Notes under the pieces: generated by a model | What the model saw: the letters and a program-made list of their open reading frames with translations, nothing else | Databases searched by the model: none | Told to the model about the DNA's origin: nothing | In this document: positions 1-9,825 of the stretch, one piece after another | Position numbering within the stretch: the stretch's first letter is position 1 | How the letters are laid out: every line of letters starts with the position of its first letter | Translations under genes and position numbers: made by a program | From: Octopus sinensis | Taxonomy: Eukaryota | Direction of reading: 5' to 3' | Length of the DNA stretch: 21,078 nt | NCBI RefSeq assembly: GCF_006345805.1 | Contig: NW_021823742.1 | Span: forward strand, 1 to 21,078

Positions 1-94
1 AACCACCACCACCACCACCAACAACAACTACAACAATAACACAACCACCACCACCACCACCACCAGCAACACCAACACTACCACCACCAGCAGC

Positions 95-125
<31 letters not shown>

Positions 126-165
126 GCACCAACAACAACAATACCATCACCGACACTGCCAACAA
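1..165. repeat. Compound (ACC)n/(AAC)n trinucleotide microsatellite
   Basis: Direct reading: alternating ACC, AAC and AGC runs. Confidence 0.95.
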
Positions 166-443
166 ACTCTATGTCAGTAAGTTCACTGGTGACTAAGTCA
201 GTCGTAAGACGGTTGACAATAAAAGACCACCTCCTACTGCAGCCCACTCCTACCACAACGCCGACAGACACACACACACACACAACAGATATACTCAAGC
301 ATGTATATACATACATACACAAAAACACACATTCACAGACACATCCAGACGAGTGTAGGCATACGGACAATCAAATACACATACACACAGACACAGATAA
401 ATATACAATCATACACCTACAAACTATTGATGATAAAAAAAAT

Positions 444-718
444 GCAGCAGCAGCAGTAGCAGCAGCAGCGTGAGCAGCAGCAGCAGTAGCAGCAGTAGCA
501 CAGTACAGCAGCATAGCAGTAGCAGCAGCAGCAGTAGTCCAGCTAGCAGCAGCAGCAGTAGCAGCAGCAGCAGTAGCAGCAGTAGCAGCAGTAGCAGCAG
601 CAGCAGTAGCAGCAGCAGCAGCAGTAGCAGCAGCAGCAGCAGTAGCAGCAGTAGCAGTAGCAGCAGTAGCAGCAGTAGCAGCAGTAGCAGCAGCAGCAGT
701 AGCAGCAGCAGCAGTAGC

Positions 719-752
<34 letters not shown>

Positions 753-955
753 GTAGCAGCAGTAGCAGCAGTAGCAGCAGCAGCAGTAGCAGCAGCAGCA
801 GCAGTAGCAGCAGCAGCAGCAGTAGCAGCAGCAGCAGTAGCGGCAGTAGCAGCAGTAGCAGCAGCAGCAGCAGTAGCAGCAGTAGCAGCAGCAGCAGTAG
901 CAGCAGCAGTAGCAGCAGCAGTAGCAGCAGCAGCAGTAGCAGCAGCAGTAGCAGT

Positions 956-990
<35 letters not shown>

Positions 991-1048
991 CAGCAGTAGC
1001 AGCAGCAGCAGTAGCAGTAGCAGCAGCAGTAGCAGCAGCAGTAGCAGT

Positions 1049-1079
<31 letters not shown>

Positions 1080-1169
1080 GTAGCAGCAGCAGCAGTAGCA
1101 GCAGCAGTAGCAGCAGTAGCAGCAGCAGCAGTAGCAGCAGCAGCAGCAGTAGCAGCAGCAGCAGTAGCA
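444..1169. repeat. Long (CAG)n array interrupted by TAG triplets
   Basis: About 725 bp made almost entirely of CAG/TAG triplets; source of the poly-Ser, poly-Leu and poly-Cys ORFs. Confidence 0.98.
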
Positions 1170-1457
1170 AGGCAATTTAATTATTCAGAGCACGACGGTA
1201 GGAGGTGTGTGGAAATGATCACGTGGTCAATTGTCATCTTGTATTTTCGCTTATGAATCAGTTAAGAAGGGGAGGGACAGTGCCCACTTCTGATGGATGG
1301 TCACTTGATAGAACCTTTGACCGTTGAATGCCTTTAATTTCTACACTGGTCAGTTGATGGTCGTTTGATTTCGGCATATCTACATAAATATGACAGCCCC
1401 GCCACCACCACCACCTTAGACTTTGTTTCCTCATAACTTTCATAAATATTTCTTTTT

Positions 1458-1662
1458 ATTTCTTTTACTTCTTTTGTTTGTTTCAATCATTTGACTGTGG
1501 CCATGCTGAAGCACCGTCTTTATTCGAACAAATCGACCCCAGGACTTATTCTTTCTAGCACTTATTCTATCGGACTGTTTTGCTGAACCGCTAAGTTACG
1601 GGAACATAAACATGCCAACATTTGTTGTCAAGGGATGGTGGGGAAACAAACACAGACACACA
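1458..1662 (-). mobile_element. SINE family A, 3' half
   Basis: Matches 12754-12960 (CATTTGACTGYGGC...GCACCG...AAATCGACCCCAGGACTTATTCTTT...ACAAACACAGACAC). Confidence 0.9.
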
Positions 1663-1900
1663 AATACATACATACATACATGCATAAATACATGCATACA
1701 CGAAAACATAATGCAAATATAGGCACAGGAGTGGCCATGTGGTAAGAAACTGGCTTCCCATCCACTTGGTCCTGGGTTCAGTCCCACTGCGTAGCACCTT
1801 GGGCAAGAGTCTTTTACTACAGCCTCGCGCCGACCGAAGCCTTGTGAGTGGATTTGGTAGAAGGAAACTGAAAGAAGCCCGTCGTGTGTGTATATATATA

Positions 1901-2110
1901 AAGTTAATACAAGCATGAAAACACAAATAGAAAACACAACAACGCGAGGACGTGGAACAAGTATAGTGTTATTGGACGCTCAGGAAAGGAAAGCAAGAAG
2001 GAGGATTTAACGTTTCGAGCGGAGCTCTTCGTCAGAAACATAGGAAAAGGAAAGATCCAAGGAAGGGAAGACGGAGGAAAAAATCGCCAACGGTACACAC
2101 GCAGTCACAC
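1901..2110 (-). mobile_element. Small non-autonomous hammerhead-bearing element (Penelope-like pLTR/retrozyme type)
   Basis: Lies inside the SINE's internal microsatellite, contains an HHR core, and is related to 10800-10944. Confidence 0.65.
2005..2039 (-). ncRNA. Minimal type I hammerhead ribozyme motif with intact core
   Basis: Minus strand: GUUU-CUGACGA-A-GAGC(UCC)GCUC-GAAA-CG-UU-AAAU; palindromic AACGUU at stem III; predicted cleavage after GUU (between 2009 and 2008). Confidence 0.75.
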
Positions 2111-2199
2111 CGTGTTTAGTGTGCCTGTGTTTAGTGTGCCGTGTTTAGTGTGCCCCCCACCATCCTCGTAACTTAGCGGTTCGGCAAATGAGTACCTTG

Positions 2200-2700
2200 A
2201 GTAACAGTCTTCTAAAATAGCCCCCAGGCCGATCAAAACTTTTATCGTCGTTGCCAGCTGCGTATCGTAGGTCGACGCCGATTGCTTTGTTCAAGGACAA
2301 AACTTGTGACCACCCCCAGCAGGCTGCCTCTCTGAGCTTCCACGCCAGTTAGCCAATAGTGAACAAGAGTACAACGAGCATGGTCGATGATCAGGGTCTC
2401 CATAGTAATAGCTCACTTATTAGTTGACGCCCAACAGTTGTCTTGTGGTTACAAATCTACCGCTTGGTCGCAAAAACCTTCAGAATCTTCGTCTAGGACT
2501 CCTCCGCCTTGTCGACTATCCAATCTCCTGCTACTGACGACGCTTTTACCGTATCCTTGGCAAGAGAGGTTAAGGGTTAGCTAACACTTCCCCAAGTTGC
2601 CGCACCAGTCTACAGATAGAAAGGGCGATTTACTGCCCCTATTACAGCCTGTCACTGTGCCGTACCAAAGGCAAATACACTACAGTTACCGTGGAAAAAA
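2200..2700 (-). mobile_element. Probable non-LTR retrotransposon (RTE-like) 5' UTR fragment
   Basis: GC-richer complex segment without a credible ORF; minus-strand GGGGAAGTGTTAGCTAACCCTTAACC...CCAAGGATACGG...GGCGGAGGAGTCCTAGACG resembles RTE 5' UTRs from memory only, unverified. Confidence 0.3.
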
Positions 2701-2752
2701 AACCTCTCTATAAAAAGGTGTGAAAGCATCCTTACGTTCAGTGTCGCCAACT

Positions 2753-2755
2753 ATT

Positions 2756-2799
<44 letters not shown>

Positions 2800-2828
2800 G
2801 ATATATATATATATATATATATATATAA
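2753..2828. repeat. (TA)n microsatellite
   Basis: Direct reading. Confidence 0.97.
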
Positions 2829-3134
2829 TAAACTTTAGGGTAGCAAAAAAATTCTAGAAAAATTCTCCGCTACCAGTGGTCTAGTTAGAAAGAAAATAGT
2901 CAATAGACTATATAATATATATTTAAACACATAAGAGATGGCCATAATAGGACATCTGACTCACTAGAAAGAGCAGTTAAACTCCAAACCACTAACAGTT
3001 GTACTTCTGAAATGGAAAGAGAAATAAAAACGTTTACCCTATCTTTTCTGGACTATGCATAGTTTCGGCAATCTTTTGTAACTAGGTACCGAAACTAGGT
3101 AAATAAAACCATCGAACAGAGATTGTCGGAAGCG

Positions 3135-3210
3135 ACACCTACTGGCTGGCTACGCTGCATTGAACAGGGGCAATACCCGAAACGCGTCTGTAGTGCCGGT
3201 CAAGTAGTGT
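3135..3210 (+). ncRNA. Type I hammerhead ribozyme motif, copy 1
   Basis: Stem I CGCUGCA(3153-3159)/UGUAGUG(3189-3195), extended by UGGCUGG/CCGGUCA and CUAC/GUAG; core UUGAACA-G; stem II GGG(CAAUA)CCC; GAAA-CGCG-UC; predicted cleavage after C3188. Confidence 0.75.
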
Positions 3211-3493
3211 GGAGCGACTGACCTCCCTTGTTCGAAGGTTATATGGATACAGTTTGTGTATCAAATAGCTAACTTAAGGCGATGGCCTCATGGAGCTAAT
3301 AAGCGGACAGCTTTTTTCTTATTTTTATAAGAATGCTATATTAGTATGGCGATAACTATTATTTTCCGGGAACGCTGCCGCTGTTCTTTTAGAGAGGACT
3401 TAGTTATTTTAATATTTCTATTATGGAAAACAAGTGGATGTATTCCACCGAAACTAGGTAAATAAAACCATCGAACAGAGATTGTCGGAAGCG

Positions 3494-3569
3494 ACACCTA
3501 CTGGCTGGCTACGCTGCATTGAAAAGGGGCATACCCCAAACGCGTCTGTAGCTGCCGGTCAAGTAGTGT
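3494..3569 (+). ncRNA. Type I hammerhead ribozyme motif, copy 2
   Basis: GCUGCA/UGUAGC stem I; core UUGAAAA (U3-A8 variant); GGGG(CAUA)CCCC-AAA-CGCG-UC, so G12 is replaced by C; site after C3546. Confidence 0.7.
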
Positions 3570-3718
3570 GGAGCGACTGACCTCCCTTGTTCGAAGGTTA
3601 TATGGATACAGTTGTGTGTATCAAATAGCTAACTTAAGGCGATGGCCTCATGGAGCTAATAAGCGGACAGCTTTTTTCTTATTTTTATAAGAATGCTATA
3701 TTAGTATGGCGATAACTA

Positions 3719-3729
3719 ATATATATACT

Positions 3730-3779
<50 letters not shown>

Positions 3780-3948
3780 GTTATATCTATATATATATAT
3801 ATGTATATATATATACATATACATAGTATATATATACACACATATATATATGTACGTATATATATATGTTTGTGTGTGCGCGTGCGCACGCGTGTATATG
3901 TATTCAGAGAGGAAGGGAGAAAATTATACAGATGGATAGACAGATAGG

Positions 3949-3996
<48 letters not shown>

Positions 3997-4000
3997 CAGA
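3719..4000. repeat. (TA)n / (GATA)n microsatellite block
   Basis: Direct reading. Confidence 0.95.
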
Positions 4001-4037
4001 CATGAGTGTGAGTGAATGTGTGAGCGTCTGTCTTTCT

Positions 4038-4228
4038 GATGTGTTTGCCCTCTACAACATCTGACAACAGGTGTTGGTTTGTTTACGTCCCCGTAGCTTC
4101 GCGGTTCGGCAAAAACTCCCAGTGGAATAAATATCAAATTTTAAAATAACTGCTGGGGTCGCTTTGTTTGACGAAACCCTTCAAAGCGATGCCACAGCAT
4201 GGCCGCAATCCAAAAGATAGATGAAAGT
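4038..4228 (+). mobile_element. SINE family A, degenerate 3' half
   Basis: GTTTACGTCCCCGTAGCTTCGCGGTTCGGCAAAA...CTGGGGTCG...CAGCATGGCCGCAATC matches 14095-14220. Confidence 0.8.
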
Positions 4229-4600
4229 GAAATGCCTTTTAGATAGTGTAGATACCGATTTTACCAGAATTTGTAGTGAAAAGTAATAGGAGGTGAGGAG
4301 TTTCTGCTAATTCATACGAGTCGACTTTGTTTCCTCATAACTTTTTGAAGAATATGGAATTCTTAATGATTATTTCCATAAAATACTTTTAAGATGTTGT
4401 AGATTGGGATTGTGTCAAAATTTAATGTGGAAATGAAAAAACAAAATGGCAGGCGTGCACACATGCATACTGACACACATCATAATTATTACCAAACCTT
4501 CAAGATTTATTTTATAGATATATTGTGAAGTGTGTCTGTTTGTATGTTTGCGCACCCACCCATCATGTTTTTTTTTTTTTTGTTTTTTTTTTTACATCAA

Positions 4601-4819
4601 CCCTTTAGCATTCAGATTATTCTGTGAAATGAAACGCTGATATATTCACATTGTTTTGGATAAATCATGCATAATCTCATTGCTTCGAGATTTCGGCGAT
4701 GTCATTGCTTATTGTTAGAATGACATTGCAGGGTAGGTACGAGAGGCGGGTATCATCAGTTTGAACATAAAAAAGATAGATTGGTCGGGCCGTAAATGAC
4801 CGCTTGAAATGCGAAAGGG
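4601..4819. mobile_element. piggyBac-like MITE
   Basis: Ends CCCTTTAGCATT ... AATGCGAAAGGG (11/12 inverted match); TCAA on both flanks (4597-4600, 4820-4823). Confidence 0.7.
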
Positions 4820-4845
4820 TCAAATTCCGATATAGACCTAATCTA

Positions 4846-4976
4846 CAGGGTAATTCAATAAAGACCATACATAAGATCAATTATTTTTTTATAGGAAACA
4901 GTTAAATAAAGAAAAAAACTGTTTCATATAAAAAAAAATAATTGCTCTTATGTATGGCGACTTTTGAATCACCCTG
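4846..4976. mobile_element. Tc1/mariner-type foldback MITE (131 bp)
   Basis: TA|CAGGGTAATTCAA...TTGAATCACCCTG|TA; inverted arms of ~58 bp around a short A-rich loop. Confidence 0.88.
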
Positions 4977-5145
4977 TACATTATTTGAAAAGATATCTCG
5001 AAGACATTTCATTATAGAATATCCAATTTTCTTAAAGTTACGAGCAATCAAATCCGGCTCGTGTGAATTATCCGAAATTCCGCTACCGCGACTCCTAAAA
5101 TATTTTTTTCCACGCCAGATTCCAATATAATCATAATTTACACTA

Positions 5146-5168
5146 TATGAAATGTATATACATATATA

Positions 5169-5220
<52 letters not shown>

Positions 5221-5340
5221 ATATACATAGATATATATATAAAGAGAGAGAGAGAGAGAGAGAGAAGGGGGAGGGAGAGAGAAAGAGACAGACAGACAGA
5301 CAGAGAGACAGACAGAGACAGACAGACAAACAGACAGAGA
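5146..5340. repeat. (TA)n/(GA)n/(GACA)n compound microsatellite
   Basis: Direct reading. Confidence 0.95.
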
Positions 5341-5479
5341 ATATGAGGAGTTTTCGTCACTGTATCGACCACACTATTTGGCTTTGTCATACATCACTGG
5401 TCAGAGTGTGCTTTCTCACATGGCTGTAACTTTCCAATGTTGTCAGCCCTCTGGCTCGATGAGAGGGCCAACATTGGCC

Positions 5480-5555
5480 CCGAACGGAACGCCACTCCGT
5501 CATAGGGTTATCCATTTGCAGCTGAATGGACTGGAGCAACGTGAAATGAAGTTTT
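5480..5555 (-). mobile_element. Probable fragment of another SINE central domain
   Basis: GGAACGCCACTCCGTCATAGGGTTATCCATTTGCAGCTGAATGGACTGGAGCAACGTGAAATGAAG resembles conserved SINE body motifs; single copy here. Confidence 0.35.
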
Positions 5556-5626
5556 TAATACACGCCCCCTACACAACCACACACAAACAAATATACACAC
5601 GTGTGTGTGTGTATGTGTGTGTGTGT

Positions 5627-5677
5627 ATTTCTTTTATGTGTTTCAGCCATATGGCAGCAGTCATGCTAGAGCACCGC
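5627..5677 (-). mobile_element. SINE family A tail fragment
   Basis: TGTTTCAG...CATGCTAGAGCACCGC. Confidence 0.6.
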
Positions 5678-5699
5678 TATGACACTGCACTCTTTCCTC

Positions 5700-7314
5700 T
5701 TTCTGCAGCCCTCTTATGTGTTTGACTTTTGTCTTTGCTTATCTCCTGATTTTTGGCTATGAGGGAGTATGATTTTTGGTGTATGAGGGAGTCTGATGTT
5801 ACCACCCTTGTATGTATTTCCTTTCTGAAGACATCTCCATCCACATTATATAGGTCTCTTAATTCTTTTCGCAGAGCATTAAAAAGCTGTGGGCCTTTAG
5901 AATTCCTACCTATTGCAATACCTACCTTCACTTTAGATGAAGTGGGCAGTACATTTGGTACTACACAATGGCGTCCAATACGGGTATTTGTGTAACTCTT
6001 CATGCCAAAGTTAGGCACTAGCCCTTCCAGAGTTTTCTCACGTCTTCACCCCAGGGAGTAATTTTTTCAGCCTCTCCCGGTAATTCGTCTACCGTACTTT
6101 GGCAATCCTTTTAGTGAAGTAGCGTTGGATCACTTAAAAATCTGCTGTTAGTTTGACACGATGTGGTGAACTCAGATAAGAGCAGTAGTCCAGGCAATTG
6201 AGACCAAAGTTCTTCCGTAGGGTCAACATGACATTTCAATCTCTTCTGAAAGACAATAGTATCCATTCGGCCAATTGTCTACTCTTTGTTGCCATATTAG
6301 TAATGTGCACATGAATGTGCAACATTACACATTTGTTTGTTCCTTCTCGAGCCAACCCTGGCTCATTAGGGCCGGTTTCCCGGTTTCCTTGACGTATAGG
6401 TTCCCCAGCTGGACGGGACGCCGGTCCATTGCAGGTGAGCTGCAAGGTGCAGGAGGGAGGAAAGAGTGAGAGAAAGTTGTGGCGAAAGAGTCAGCAGAAG
6501 TTGGCCATTACCTTCTGCTGGAGCTGCGTGGAGCTTAGGTGTTTCGCTCATAAACACACACATTTCCCGGTCTGAGATTCGAACCCACGATCCCTCGACC
6601 GCGATTCCGCTGCTCTAACCACTAGGCCATGTGCCTCCACAACATTACATATAGTAATCCCCAAGTCTCTCACTGTCTGTGACTCTGGGATTGCAATGCT
6701 TCCGGTCTCGTATATGCAGGCTGTGATGCATTTGTGAGCTGATAGCGTAGTGTTTGAAACTTTCCAGCATTAAACTGCATGTTGTTTAGTTCAATTCACT
6801 TGTATATAATATTTAGGTCCCGCTGCAAGATTGCAACATCGTCAATCTGCTTTTTTTGTTTTTTTTTATGTCACTTGTGATAAATTTCTATCATCGGCGC
6901 AGCTAGTGACAATGACTATCTGGATGACCATACTCATGTTTAAGAGAGCTAATATAAATATAAATGATCCCGGAACTGCATGTGTACTATCGTTTAAGAA
7001 GCCATGTAGCCACTTTCCTAATTTACCAGCTATGCAAAAATCTCGCAGTTTGTGATATATCGTGCCATGATCCACGTGTGAAAGGTCTTTGCAAAGTCAA
7101 GATATGACATTTTGGCATTTGGATAATCAAGCAAATATTTCGCAGCTCAGTCGTAGGAGCGTTAGAAGCTGTACAGCAACCATGTTGAGTATCTCTCTAC
7201 ACGTCATTTTCTTCTTGGAACGTCAGTTTCCGTCTGACGATTCGTTCCTTGACCAACTAATACGTAAAGTTTGAGATATGGGCCTGTAGACTTTAACCTC
7301 TGCTCTGCACCCTT
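5700..7314 (-). pseudogene. 5'-truncated, decayed LINE ORF2 reverse transcriptase (CR1/L2-group-like)
   Basis: Minus-strand motifs in correct order across frameshifts: KVYRPIS, ERIVRRKL, DTQHG, YLDFAK/VDHG, GKLGKWLHGFL, SCADD (YADD box), NNMQFNAGKFQ, VRDLGI, LDYCS, GPQLFNAL; stops, frameshifts and an internal deletion. Confidence 0.9.
6330..6639 (-). mobile_element. SINE family C, full length, inserted into the LINE
   Basis: tRNA-like head with A box TGGCCTAGTGG and B box GGTTCGAATC; 10-bp TSD CAACATTACA (6320-6329, 6640-6649); homologous to 11006-11200. Confidence 0.92.
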
Positions 7315-8540
<1,226 letters not shown>

Positions 8541-8642
8541 AAGTGTGATGTATGAAGAGAAGGTCACACAGATGCAATACAGGAAAGATTTACGAGGATG
8601 GTGCACCAAATGTCAGGTTGAGTTGTAGAGGTAGTGGCAGAC

Positions 8643-8833
8643 GAGGTGTGGTGGGAGATGACAGAAGCAGTGTAGTGGGAGATAAGATGTGGTGGGAGAT
8701 GACAATAGCAGTGCGGTAGGAGATGAGGTGTGGTGAGAGATGATTCCAGCAGTGTGGTAGGAGACTAGGTGTGGTGGGAGAGACAGTAGCAATATGGTGG
8801 AGAATGAGGGGGTCGGTAAGAGATGGCAATAGC
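8643..8833. repeat. 41-bp minisatellite, ~4.6 degenerate copies
   Basis: Unit starts at 8643, 8684, 8725, 8766, 8806; consensus ~GAGGTGTGGTGGGAGATGACAGTAGCAGTGTGGTAGGAGAT. Confidence 0.85.
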
Positions 8834-9041
8834 TCGTCTACTGAGCTGTGTGTTGGATGATGACAATAATAATTCTACTGAGTGTTGTATGTGATGATTG
8901 TTGTTGAGGATCTTGCATATAGTGTATGGTGTAGGAGTGTGTGCGTGTATGTGTGGAGAGAGAGAGAGAGAGAGAGAGAACGTAAGTGGTGGTGGGAGGG
9001 AGATGGTGAAGTAATTTGGTATATATCAAGGTGACGTGAGA

Positions 9042-9445
9042 GATGATGACGATGATGATGATGATGATGATGTTGGTGGTAGTGGTGTTGTTTGTTGTGT
9101 TGTGGTGGTGGTGGTGGTGGTGGTGACGGTTGTGGTTGTTGTTGTTGTTGGTGGTGGAGACGATGGAGGTCAGGATGATTTTGAATAAGTAGTAAAAGGA
9201 ATGAGGACGAGAAGGGAGATGATGACGACGACCACGATAACGGCGATGATGACGGTGACGACGACGATGACAAAGATGACGACGACGACGACGAAGAAGA
9301 AGAAGAAGAAGAAGAAGAAGAAGAAGAAGATGATGTTGATGATGAGGATGATGACGACGACGACGAAGATAAATAAGATGATAATGATGATGATGAAGAG
9401 GAGGAGGAGGAGGAAGAAGATGGATGAGGAGGTTGAGGAGGAGGC
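9042..9445. repeat. Compound GAT/GGT/GTT/GAC/GAA/GAG trinucleotide tract
   Basis: Direct reading. Confidence 0.93.
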
Positions 9446-9561
9446 GGGGCAGTATGTCTCCGCTGGAGAAGTTAAAATGTCCAGACATCCTCCAGATGTA
9501 AACCAGACATAAGAGTTTTCTTTGCTAAGACATCAAGTCTAAGTTAAGAAAGATTTATCAT

Positions 9562-9629
9562 CTACTACCACCACCACCACCACCACCACCACCACTACTA
9601 CTACAACCACCACCACCACCACCACCACC

Positions 9630-9686
<57 letters not shown>

Positions 9687-9785
9687 ATAGTGCTGCTGCT
9701 ACTACTACTACTCCCACTACCACCATCGCCATCATCACCACCACCACTACTATTATTACTACTACTACCACTACTGCTGCTGCTT

Positions 9786-9825
<40 letters not shown>

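Larger units (their letters stand above)
1721..2197 (+). mobile_element. SINE family A (tRNA-like head 1721-1885, short 3' remnant ~2111-2197), interrupted by an HHR element
   Basis: A-box-like TGGCCATGTGG, B-box-like GGTTCAGTCCC, CCTTGGGCAAG motif; reverse complement of 13190-13351; resumes with CGTAACTTAGCGGTTCGGCAAA. Confidence 0.88.
3088..3718 (+). mobile_element. Tandem ~359-bp unit (~1.75 copies) with one hammerhead per unit: retrozyme or Penelope-like pLTR tandem
   Basis: 3088-3358 is nearly identical to 3447-3718, with an 88-bp unique spacer; HHR motifs at equivalent positions; ends at (TA)n. Confidence 0.8.

Noticed and set aside
424-1180. Poly-Leu, poly-Ser and poly-Cys ORFs of 210-248 aa
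   Set aside because: Translations of the CAG/TAG array in several frames, with no complex flanking coding sequence.
2540-2680. Possible HDV-like ribozyme in the putative RTE 5' UTR
   Set aside because: I could not assemble the nested double pseudoknot by eye; it would need an RNArobo or Infernal search.
6560-6639. tRNA-like sequence (also 11006-11075 and the SINE A heads)
   Set aside because: No complete cloverleaf; they continue into SINE bodies, one with a TSD, so they are SINE heads and not tRNA genes.
8643-8833. CRISPR-like periodicity
   Set aside because: Units are contiguous degenerate tandem copies without unique spacers; eukaryotic context and no cas genes.
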